Shown here: positions 1 through 9,187 of the stretch, piece by piece
Position numbering within the stretch: the first letter of the stretch is position 1
Layout of the letters: every line of letters starts with the position of its first letter
Assembly (NCBI GenBank): GCA_001643675.2
Contig: LSRY02000061.1
Location: forward strand, 186,001 to 250,000
DNA: 64,000 nt
Source of the DNA: Monocercomonoides exilis PA203
Lineage: Eukaryota > Protista > Preaxostyla
Direction of reading: 5' to 3'
Made by a program: the position numbers and the translations under genes
The notes under the pieces: model-generated
What the model was told of the DNA's origin: nothing
What the model saw: the letters and a program-made list of their open reading frames with translations, nothing else
The model's database searches: none

Positions 1-2
1 TC

Positions 3-3000
3 CACTTCACTCGCTCTCTTCTTCTCGGCCTTCTCTTTCTGCACAGCCACAAGATCATTCACAGAGACATCAAGCCAGACAACCTGCTGCTCAATTCAAA
101 AGGAGAGCTGAAGATCTGTGACTTCGGCTCATCGCAGCTGCTGAAGCACCACAAGCAGCTGCTGCATTCGACTGAAGGCACTTTTGCCTTCCTGTCTCCT
201 GAAGTGGTGAAAGGAAGAGGGTTTTTGGGAACAGCTGTGGATGTGTGGGCGATGGGTGTGTGCGTGTATGTGTTCTGCTATGGCGTGCTGCCATTTGGGA
301 ATGGCATTGGGAGAGGAGGAGGAGGATGTGGTGGTGGAGGAGGGGAGAAGGAAAGAGGGAGAAGTCACAGAGAGACGGTGGATGAAAACGGAGAGAACAG
401 GAAATCAGACAAGCGTTTGGTGTCCTTTTCCTCTTCTTTATCTCCATCTCCGTCTCCTTCTTCTTCTTCCTCTTCTTCCAGCTACACCTCTTCTCTTCCT
501 TATCCCTCCAAAAGCGATATCAGCATCCTTCAAAGTGAGACAGACGAGACGAAAGTGACCAACCAGCAGCTGTTCAGCGAGATCAAGCACAAACCTCTCA
601 TCTTCCCAGACATGGCATCGATTGAGGCATTCGAACGGAACAACTGCCCTGGCTCTGTCAAAAGAGAGTCTTATGCGTCTTCTCTGCTTCCTCCACAAAG
701 TGCTTCAACTTCATCTGCTTCTTCTTCTTCTTCCTCTGTTGATGCTTCTTCTTCTTCTTCTCCTGATTCTTCTCTTTCCTCTTCCTCTTCCCCTTCCCCA
801 TCTCTTCTTCTCCAGCAGCACTTCATTTCTCTTCTCCTCAACAAGAACCCTTCCCTCCGTCTGCATTTATGTGAGGCAGTTGTGCACCCCTGGATCACCT
901 CTTCCTATTCGAAGCCATTTGAAGAGGAAGAGCTGAAGAAGGCAGGGTTGTTCGGGCTGAGGAAGTACATGTACATGAAGATGCTCCATTGGAGGGAGAA
1001 GGAGATGCTGAAAGAGAAGGTGAGGGCAGCTGGAAGAGACGAAGCTGTGTTGTCTTCTGCGATGAATGGGAAGATGACACAAATATCAGATCTTTCTTCT
1101 TCTTCCTCTCCTTCTTTTATATCTTCTCCTTCTCCTTCTCCTTCTTCCTCTCCTGTTCCCTTCTCCACCACACTCACTGAGAAAGAGCAGATATCCATCT
1201 TTGAAGAGTGGAAGGGAGAATACAGAGCAATTGTGGAGCTGGTGAGGCTGAAGGAAATCAGCTTGGGAATCAAAACAAACAGCGAAAAGAAAACTTTTCC
1301 TTCTTCGGCATCACTTTTGAGTGCATCGGGTGCTCAAAATGATGGAGCTTCGATTTCTTCCGCTTCTGCCTCTGCCACTGCCTCTGCAGCTAATTCTTCT
1401 TCTTCCTCCTCCTCTTCTTCTACAAATTCTGTCCATTTCCATTCAAAAAGCACTCACCAAGTGTATTTTGAGCCATCTGACATGCCACAACAATCTGACA
1501 TCTTCACAAATGCTGACAATCCTTTGCTTCCTTCCTCCTCTTCCTCTCCTTCTCCTTCTCCTCCTTTCTCTTCTTCTTCTTCTTCCTTTTCCTCCACCAC
1601 TTCTTCTTCTGCTTATTCCACCCCTTATTCTCAATCTCCTGCCCCTTCTCCTTATGCTCTCTATAACACACCCTTCGTCAGATATTATGTTCGCCCTTTT
1701 CCTCACGTTTATTCTTCTTCCTCCTCATCAAATAATACTTCATCATCATCATCTTCTTCCTTTTCCTCCTCTTCCTCCTCTTCCTCCTCTTCCTCTTCCT
1801 CTCTCTCCCATCCTTCCTCTCCTTCTCCACTTCCTTATGCTTCTCCTTCTTCTGATATATCTCCACAATACTCTTGTGCTTCTTCTATGTTTGCTCCTTC
1901 TCCTTCTCCTTGCCCTTCCTCATCTTTCTCTTCTTCTTCTGCACTGAAATTCTGTTCTTCTCCTTCCACAACATCTTCTTCTTCTTCTTCTTCTTCTTCT
2001 TTCTCTTCTTATGCTCCTTCGCCTGCTGAATTTGCGAATAATAACAAGAATAATAGTAATAAACAAGATATAAAAGCGCAATCAACAGATTCATTGAACA
2101 AAACAAACAAACATTCAGAGATTTTATCGTCACAATCTGCACAGTTGAACATGAATACATCTTCTTCTTCTTCTTCTTCTTCTTCCTTTTCTTCTTCTTC
2201 CTCCTCATCTTCTTCTTCCTCTTCTTCTCTTCCACATAATCTTCCTCCATTCAGCTGCCAGCCAGATTTCATGCAAAATCCACTGAATATACCTGATTTA
2301 TTACCAGAGATGATGAATGAGGGAGATATTGTGGTGGATTTGGTACCTTTTGGAGAGAATAAGCAGAATGGAAACGGAGAAAGAAGTGTGTTAATGTTAA
2401 TGTTAATGTTAATGTTATTATTTGTTAAATTTATTTATTTATTTATTTATGAATTGTTATCTTTTTCAATCAATTTCTATTTATTTTTACTCTTCTCTCT
2501 GTATCTTGTTGTGAATTATTTCCGTTCAGACAAACAACAATCATCAACCAACTCCAATGAAAAGAAGACGAAGGAGAATTCTTCTTCTTCTTCTTCAAAT
2601 GAACAAGATTCAAAGGAAAATTCTGTGAAAACAACAAAAGGAGCAAAAGAAGAGAAAGAGCAAAAAGATCAAAAGGAAACAGATAAAGAGAAGAAAGAAG
2701 GAGAAAAAGAGAAAGAAGAAGAGAAAGAAGCGATCAAAGTGTCATTTGCAGAAGATTACAATAATAACAATAACAATGGCAATACAATCCATCTCTTCCT
2801 CAACAACCTCAACGATGAAGACTCGCTTGATGATGAAGAATGCTACCATCTGAACTCATTCACTGTGCAGCCATCAAATTACTCGAAATACAAACACAGC
2901 AGACCACACAAGAGTTTGGATGCGATTTTTGTGTCTCCTTCTTCGCTTCCGCTGATGAAGCATCCAAATGGAGAAGATAAACTGCCTTCTGCTTCTTCTT

Positions 3001-6000
3001 CTTCTTCTGTTTCTTCTTCGGTGAGTAAAGAAGGGAAGAAGAAGAAGAAGAAGAAGAAGAGGAATGGAAGTAATAACAAAGCAGAAGAAGGAATGGAAGA
3101 GGAAGAAGGAGAAGAGGAAGAAGGAAACAGTTTTGCTAATAAAAAAAGGAGAGGAAACCAAAGTATGATATATGAGCATAAGGAAAGATTGTACAAGTCA
3201 GAAGATAAACTTAGATCAGATGGAGGAGAAAGAAAGGAACAGGGAAAAGAGGAAGAGAAGGAAGAAGAAGAGGAAGGGAATGAACAAGTTATGATGGATG
3301 ATAATGAAGCAAAAGAGCAACAACAAGAAGAAGATAATGATGAAAGCGAAGAAGATGAAGAAGAAGATGAAACAGAAGAAGAAAACAATAACAACAGCAA
3401 TAATAACAATGAAGAAGAAGAAGATGATGATGAAGAGGAAGAGGAAGAAGAGGATGAAGAATTGTTTGTGGAGAAAGCAGAGAAGAACGGGAATGACGAT
3501 TTTCTGGTGAAGAAAGTGGAAGGCGATGATGACGATGATGATGGATCTAGTTCTTCTTCTTCATTGACAGATGAAGATGAAGAGGAAGAGGAGGAAGAGG
3601 AGGAAGAAAGAGAAAGAGAAAGAGAAAGAGAAAGAGAAAGAGAGAAAGAAGAAGGAGGAGAAGGAAATGAAAAGAAGAATAATGATCAAACAGCAAATGA
3701 AGCAAATGCTGCTCAACCAAATACAACAACCTCATCTGATCCAATCAATCCTCAATCATCATCATCATCATCCTCCTCCTCCTCTTCTTCTTCTTCCTCT
3801 TCTTCTTCATCCAATCTTGTCACCTCTGTCTCTCTCTCTTCTTCTTCCTCTCTTTTCCCTCCTCGCCACTTCCGCCACCATCGCCTAGGTATTCGAATGA
3901 GGATGGAGATTATGAAGAGGAAGAAACAGAAGCTTCTGATGAAGATGATGTCGATGAATGAAAACAACGCGAATTCTGCTGTTTCTTCTCTGTCTGCTGC
4001 TTGCAAGCACTCTATTTCTATCTCTTCTTCTTCTTCCACCCCACTAGCTTCTCCTCCTCTATCTCCTTCTTCTCATTCTTCTTCTCATTCCCATTCTTCA
4101 AAGACACTATCACACACTTCTTCTGCTTCTTCTCCTTCTTTCTCTCCGTCTCCCTCGCCTTTAGCGTCTTTTTGTGCTTCTCTAACAAACACTGAAGAGA
4201 ATGACATATTGAATGTTAACAATAATAAAATCACTAATGAAAATTCAGAAAGTGAAGTAAATAACAAGAATGGAACCAATTCTTCTGCCTCTTCTGCTTC
4301 AAAGAACATCAAATCTGATGTTTCGAAAGAAGAAGAAGAAGAGAAAAAAGAGAAAAAAGAGAAAGAAGAAGAAAACAAGGAAAACATTACAGACACCAAA
4401 GATTTACTTCCTTCTTCATCCACTTCATCTTCTAATTCTCCTTCCACTCCATCCATTTCAAACACCCAACAACGTTCTGTCACTTCACATTCTTCTTCAT
4501 TTCATCCTTCTCTTTCTCCTTCTTCCTCTTCCTCTTCCTCTTCCTCTTCTTCCTCTTCTTCCATTCCGTCTCAATCAAACATTCCATCCACATCATCATC
4601 ATCATCTTCTTCTTCTTCTTCTTCTTCTTCATTTCCCATTTCAAACAACATTGTCTCTTCATCTGCTAATCCAATCCATACACCTTCTGATTGTTTATTC
4701 AATGAATCAAATCATATCACTTCTGCTGCTGAAATAACTGCCTCTTCCACTTCATCTTCCTCTTCCTCCTCTTCCTCTTCCTTCTCCATCCCCTCTTTGT
4801 CACCCACACCCTCTCCATCTTCTTCATCTCCATCTCCTTCTCCTTCTCCTTCTCTTCCTCCTCTTCCTTCTTCTCCTCTTTCTCCTCTTTCTTCTCCTTC
4901 TTCTCCATCCACCAACCCAACCACTTCCTATTCTGTTCTCTTGTCTCGTCATTCTCCTCCACCACACGATATCCCTTCCTCCTCCCACACCCCTTCCAAT
5001 CAAACCTATCCTCCTTCCCCTTCCTCTGCTTTTTCTGCCTCTTCTGTATCAACCTCCTCCTCTTCTCCTCCTCCTTCCTCTCCTTCTTCCTCTCCTCATC
5101 CTCTTCTTTCTTCTTCCTCTTCTTCTTCTGAACTCGATCTTTTTTATTCTCCTTTCCGCCCAACTGAGTCAATGATATTGGAACAACAGAGCAATAACTA
5201 CAATGGATTTGAGAATAACAATGTGGCTATCATCGGAAACAGACCAAAGATTGAAACAAACAACCGCTCTATCACTTCTGATGCATCTAACATGAATTCT
5301 TCTTCCTCCTCCTCTTCTTCCTCCTCCTCCTCCTCTTCTGCTTATTCTTATGCTTCTAACACATCATCTGGTTATTCTTCATACCCATACAATCAAAACA
5401 CGAAGAGGAAGCCATTCATCCGCACACCACAACCATATGGCCCTGCGTATGTTCCTCTTTCTCCTCAATATGCCTCTTCTTCTTCTTCCTCTTCCTCTTC
5501 TTCCTCCTCTTCAACCACCCCCACCTTCTCCGCCTTAAGTGACTTCCCTCCCACCATCTCCCCCCGCCTCCTCCCTTCCTCCTTCTCTGTCTCTTCCTCT
5601 GTCTCTTCCTCTCCTCCTGTCTACTGCCATTTTTCCCTCTCCAACACTGCCCCTTCTCCTTCCATGACACCTTCTTCCTCTTCCTCTGCCATTCCTCTCG
5701 TTCAGCCTTCTTCGCTCTTCGAGTCAGTCACCACACAATCTGGCCCTACCCCTTCTTATCCCTCGTCTTCTCTCTCTTCTTCCACAGCTTCTTTGCCTCC
5801 GGTTCACCCTTATCAAGTTTCTTATCCTCATCCTTATGCTCCGAATTCATCATCTTTATCTTCTTCCTCTTCTTCTTCCTCTTCTTCTTCATATTCACAA
5901 TATCCTTCTCACTCCACACAGAATCCAGCCTTCACACCCTTCATCCCATTCGCCCCATTCTCCTCCTTCTCCCCTTCTCCTCTCCCTTCTCCTCTTCCTT

Positions 6001-8501
6001 CTCCTCCTCTTTCTTCCTCTCTTCCCTTTGCTCCTTCGCCTTATGCCTCTCCAATGGAATATTCAGCAGCTGCTCATCCAAATCCCATCCAGCCGAGAAT
6101 TAAAAGAGACCAATTGTTAACACTGCTGAAGGAGAAGGAGAGGCAGCAGAGGAGAGAGAGGAGAGAGAAGAAAGAGAAGAAGGAGGAAGAGAAGAAGAGA
6201 AGAAGAGCAGAGAAGGAGAAGGAGATGAACAAGAATGGTGCTGATGGTAATGATGCGAATGAGCAAGTGATTCAAAAGGAGAAAGATGCTACAATAAATG
6301 AAGATGAAAAAATAAGAGCACAAACTGATATTATAGAAGAAGATGATGACGAAGAAGAGGATGAAGAAGAGGATGATGATGATGATGACGACGATGACGA
6401 CGATGATGATGAGAACGATGAAGAGATAGCAGAATTGGGAGAGTATGCGAATGATGAAGACGACGATGCGAATGACGACAACGATGATGAAGATGAAGAT
6501 GATGAAGCAGACATTGCCAGCAACTTGGCTCTGAGTGAAGCTGGACTAAGCGACAGAGGGAAGATGTATGCACAGAACATGGCAACACCCAGTAACATCT
6601 ACACTTATGCGAATAATGCAAGAAAAATACCCTTTGAGAAGGAAAGAGCAGCTATGTTTCTGCCTATCCAAATGGCTATGCCACATATGCGAACTCCTCC
6701 CTTGCCATCTTCTTCATATTCCATTGCCTCCCCTTCCTCTGCCTCTTCTTCTTCCTCTCCTTCTCTTTCTCCCTCTCCTTCTCCTTCTTCCTCTTCTTCT
6801 TCTCATCCTCCCTCTTCCACTGCATCTCCCTCTCCACTCACCCCAATGATGCCTCTCTCCAGCACTCCACCTTCTTCACTCCCTTCCTCCTCCTCTCCTT
6901 CCCCTGCGCCTATGAACAACTACCCATGCTTCGACAGAAATGGCATTGTTGTTGTGGAAGGGGAAGAGTATTTGGAAGACGGAGGAGAATTCGATGAGGA
7001 AGATTTGGATGTGCTGGATCCAAGTGAGGTGGTGATGGGAGCAGGTGTGGTGATACCAGAGGTGATGAGAGAGGGAGACAGAGAAGATGGAGATGGGGAT
7101 GGGGATGCTGATGCGGGAGAAAAGGAGGAAGAGAATGATAAAAATGAAATCGATTTGGATGCTGCAAATACAAACAAGAAGAAAGGACTTCCACCAAGAC
7201 CGAGAAATAGAGGAAGCACAGGAAAATCATCATCAATTTCTTCTCCATATGCAACTTCCTCTTCTTCCTCATCTTCCTCCTCATCGTCTTCTGCCTCTTC
7301 TGCTGCCTCCACACTCAAAAAGGGCATAATTACTTCGCATTTCAATGCGCTCATGAAAGCACGAGGGCTGGAAAGCAAAGTGATTCCGTATGTTCCGTCG
7401 CATCTTGCTCTTGATTCGCACCCGTCGTTTGTGCTGTTCCAAAAGAATGAGAGAGACGGAGGCGAATGGGGATGGGGTGGTAGCAGTGGAGGAGGAGGAG
7501 GAGCGAATGCAAACAGTGGTAGTCTGTATAATTACAGCAGCTCATCTTCGCAATACTCTTCGTCCTCATCCTTTTCTAGTTCGTCTTCTTCATCTTCCTC
7601 CTCCTCATCATCTGCCTCTGCCCAAAAGAGCCAGCCATATCCTCTTCCACCACAGCACAATCCTTCCTCTGACAACCGGTTTGGAAGCTTGAGAGGAGCA
7701 AATAACACACAAAACAATGCTGTTATGCAGACAGAAACACCAATTCATTCTCCATTTGTTAGTAATTCTGTTGCTCATCCTATAACCCCTGGCCTTCTGC
7801 CTCCTTCTGCCTCTTCTTCGCCAAATCCTGTTCCTTCCTCAAACATCACCATCGGAGCTACACTCTCAATGCTATCGTTCCCTGAGGCTACCCCTCCTTC
7901 TGTTGCATCGTCTGCGTCTGCCCAACGCCACACACAAGCACACTACACCCAGAACTCTTCTTCCTCTTCTCTTTCTGTCTCTTCTGGCTCCCCTTCTTTC
8001 TCTCCTGCTGCTGCCCGTTCACTCTCTTCGTCTTCACTCACACCCACACTCACTCCTGCACCAGCCACAGCATTTCTTTCACCGCAGCCTCAGCACTCTC
8101 CGCCTGTCAGCGTGCAAGGAATAGAAGTGAGAAGCAGCTCACACAACGACATTCAGACACAAGGCCAACATTTGCTGGAATCTTCTGTCGCCATCACAAA
8201 CACAACAGACAATAGCCATTTCATCCACAATGCAAGTGCAGATGATGGCATTGTGGTGAGCGGGTATGAGGTGGTTGGGAATGTGATTGGATGCGATCCG
8301 TATCAGTTCCCTATTCATGTTCCAATTGCCTCTTCATCCTCATCTGCTTCGTCTTCCACTTATCCTGTGTATACTATCCCTCCTCTGGGCTCGAATTATC
8401 CTATTTATCATTCAGATGCTGAGGAAGACGAAGAGCTGCCTATGTTTCCATCGTCCCTAACTTTGCCACCAACATTTTCTGTTTCTCCTTCTCCGCTTTG
8501 A
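3..8501 (+). CDS. Ser/Thr protein kinase, CAMKK-like, 5'-truncated by the window edge, with a very long low-complexity C-terminal tail; probable intron 2386..2529
   Basis: The frame is open from nt 3, upstream of the ORF-track start at 204. It reads HRDIKPDNLLL, ICDFG, TEGTFAFLSPE, AVDVWAMGVCVYVFCYGVLPF and later LLNKNPSLRL..HPWIT (subdomains VIb-XI). The GTxAFxxPE and DVWAMGV...G.LPF pattern resembles the CAMKK family. Stop is TGA at 8499-8501. Confidence 0.88.
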   Translation, partial: HFTRSLLLGLLFLHSHKIIHRDIKPDNLLLNSKGELKICDFGSSQLLKHHKQLLHSTEGTFAFLSPEVVKGRGFLGTAVDVWAMGVCVYVFCYGVLPFGNGIGRGGGGCGGGGGEKERGRSHRETVDENGENRKSDKRLVSFSSSLSPSPSPSSSSSSSSYTSSLPYPSKSDISILQSETDETKVTNQQLFSEIKHKPLIFPDMASIEAFERNNCPGSVKRESYASSLLPPQSASTSSASSSSSSVDASSSSSPDSSLSSSSSPSPSLLLQQHFISLLLNKNPSLRLHLCEAVVHPWITSSYSKPFEEEELKKAGLFGLRKYMYMKMLHWREKEMLKEKVRAAGRDEAVLSSAMNGKMTQISDLSSSSSPSFISSPSPSPSSSPVPFSTTLTEKEQISIFEEWKGEYRAIVELVRLKEISLGIKTNSEKKTFPSSASLLSASGAQNDGASISSASASATASAANSSSSSSSSSTNSVHFHSKSTHQVYFEPSDMPQQSDIFTNADNPLLPSSSSSPSPSPPFSSSSSSFSSTTSSSAYSTPYSQSPAPSPYALYNTPFVRYYVRPFPHVYSSSSSSNNTSSSSSSSFSSSSSSSSSSSSSLSHPSSPSPLPYASPSSDISPQYSCASSMFAPSPSPCPSSSFSSSSALKFCSSPSTTSSSSSSSSSFSSYAPSPAEFANNNKNNSNKQDIKAQSTDSLNKTNKHSEILSSQSAQLNMNTSSSSSSSSSFSSSSSSSSSSSSSLPHNLPPFSCQPDFMQNPLNIPDLLPEMMNEGDIVVDLVPFGENKQNGNGERSVLMLMLMLMLLFVKFIYLFIYELLSFSINFYLFLLFSLYLVVNYFRSDKQQSSTNSNEKKTKENSSSSSSNEQDSKENSVKTTKGAKEEKEQKDQKETDKEKKEGEKEKEEEKEAIKVSFAEDYNNNNNNGNTIHLFLNNLNDEDSLDDEECYHLNSFTVQPSNYSKYKHSRPHKSLDAIFVSPSSLPLMKHPNGEDKLPSASSSSSVSSSVSKEGKKKKKKKKRNGSNNKAEEGMEEEEGEEEEGNSFANKKRRGNQSMIYEHKERLYKSEDKLRSDGGERKEQGKEEEKEEEEEGNEQVMMDDNEAKEQQQEEDNDESEEDEEEDETEEENNNNSNNNNEEEEDDDEEEEEEEDEELFVEKAEKNGNDDFLVKKVEGDDDDDDGSSSSSSLTDEDEEEEEEEEEEREREREREREREKEEGGEGNEKKNNDQTANEANAAQPNTTTSSDPINPQSSSSSSSSSSSSSSSSSSSNLVTSVSLSSSSSLFPPRHFRHHRLGIRMRMEIMKRKKQKLLMKMMSMNENNANSAVSSLSAACKHSISISSSSSTPLASPPLSPSSHSSSHSHSSKTLSHTSSASSPSFSPSPSPLASFCASLTNTEENDILNVNNNKITNENSESEVNNKNGTNSSASSASKNIKSDVSKEEEEEKKEKKEKEEENKENITDTKDLLPSSSTSSSNSPSTPSISNTQQRSVTSHSSSFHPSLSPSSSSSSSSSSSSSSIPSQSNIPSTSSSSSSSSSSSSSFPISNNIVSSSANPIHTPSDCLFNESNHITSAAEITASSTSSSSSSSSSSFSIPSLSPTPSPSSSSPSPSPSPSLPPLPSSPLSPLSSPSSPSTNPTTSYSVLLSRHSPPPHDIPSSSHTPSNQTYPPSPSSAFSASSVSTSSSSPPPSSPSSSPHPLLSSSSSSSELDLFYSPFRPTESMILEQQSNNYNGFENNNVAIIGNRPKIETNNRSITSDASNMNSSSSSSSSSSSSSSAYSYASNTSSGYSSYPYNQNTKRKPFIRTPQPYGPAYVPLSPQYASSSSSSSSSSSSSTTPTFSALSDFPPTISPRLLPSSFSVSSSVSSSPPVYCHFSLSNTAPSPSMTPSSSSSAIPLVQPSSLFESVTTQSGPTPSYPSSSLSSSTASLPPVHPYQVSYPHPYAPNSSSLSSSSSSSSSSSYSQYPSHSTQNPAFTPFIPFAPFSSFSPSPLPSPLPSPPLSSSLPFAPSPYASPMEYSAAAHPNPIQPRIKRDQLLTLLKEKERQQRRERREKKEKKEEEKKRRRAEKEKEMNKNGADGNDANEQVIQKEKDATINEDEKIRAQTDIIEEDDDEEEDEEEDDDDDDDDDDDDDENDEEIAELGEYANDEDDDANDDNDDEDEDDEADIASNLALSEAGLSDRGKMYAQNMATPSNIYTYANNARKIPFEKERAAMFLPIQMAMPHMRTPPLPSSSYSIASPSSASSSSSPSLSPSPSPSSSSSSHPPSSTASPSPLTPMMPLSSTPPSSLPSSSSPSPAPMNNYPCFDRNGIVVVEGEEYLEDGGEFDEEDLDVLDPSEVVMGAGVVIPEVMREGDREDGDGDGDADAGEKEEENDKNEIDLDAANTNKKKGLPPRPRNRGSTGKSSSISSPYATSSSSSSSSSSSSASSAASTLKKGIITSHFNALMKARGLESKVIPYVPSHLALDSHPSFVLFQKNERDGGEWGWGGSSGGGGGANANSGSLYNYSSSSSQYSSSSSFSSSSSSSSSSSSSASAQKSQPYPLPPQHNPSSDNRFGSLRGANNTQNNAVMQTETPIHSPFVSNSVAHPITPGLLPPSASSSPNPVPSSNITIGATLSMLSFPEATPPSVASSASAQRHTQAHYTQNSSSSSLSVSSGSPSFSPAAARSLSSSSLTPTLTPAPATAFLSPQPQHSPPVSVQGIEVRSSSHNDIQTQGQHLLESSVAITNTTDNSHFIHNASADDGIVVSGYEVVGNVIGCDPYQFPIHVPIASSSSSASSSTYPVYTIPPLGSNYPIYHSDAEEDEELPMFPSSLTLPPTFSVSPSPL
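2386..2529 (+). other. Probable spliceosomal intron, 144 nt, in frame and stop-free
   Basis: GTGTGT donor at 2386 and TTCAG acceptor ending 2529. The stretch switches abruptly to T-rich composition with TTAATG and TTTA repeats. Removal keeps the reading frame. Confidence 0.75.
3607..3647 (+). repeat. (AGAGAA)n coding microsatellite (ER dipeptide run)
   Basis: Tandem AGAGAA units translate as EREREREREREREK. Confidence 0.85.
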
Positions 8502-9187
8502 GTTTCGTTTATCGCTTTTATTGCTTGTTATTTTATCTTTTTTGGAGTGTATATATTTCTCACTCAGCAGAACTTACCAACCACAACAATTATTAGCTTA
8601 TCTGTATTTTTATTCCTGTTTATTTACAAATGAGCAGTCCAGAGTATTTTTGCTTTTGTGTTTTATATTTTAAGTTTTATATGGTAGTTTATTAGCAGAT
8701 TTGCTGTTTACAAACGATATATTTCGTTGTATCTTGTAATATTCCTTTCATCAGAATGATGTTATTACCAAATGTTTTAGTGTGTCCACATCACACTTGC
8801 ATATTCACATTTGCTTTTCTTTTTGTTTCCATGTTTTTATAAAAGCATTTTGTTCTATTTTCAATCGGAATCATAGTTGAAAACATTTGCTAACAAATAT
8901 AATTTTTAATGATAATTTCTTCTTCTTCTTCAAAAAAAACATACTAAAGTGCTCAAAATCCCCCACAAAAAGAGATGCTACAAATAGTGAATGAAAATGA
9001 AATACTATAAAACAAGGGAAGTTATTCAGCACTAAAAAAATTTGGTTTGAGGATAAACAGAATTTCGAAAAAAAGGATAAATAATACAAATAAATATAAA
9101 ACTACAAGTTTTTTGTTAAAAAACAAGAATGAATTATTTTCAAGGAATGAGTGAAAAATTTTTAAAGTTCAAATCCCATTGTTTTTA

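Noticed and set aside
91-8124. Dozens of short overlapping ORFs rich in L, R, K, E or S, here and across the other large genes
   Set aside because: They are shadow or antisense frames of low-complexity coding sequence with few stop codons and show no independent motifs.
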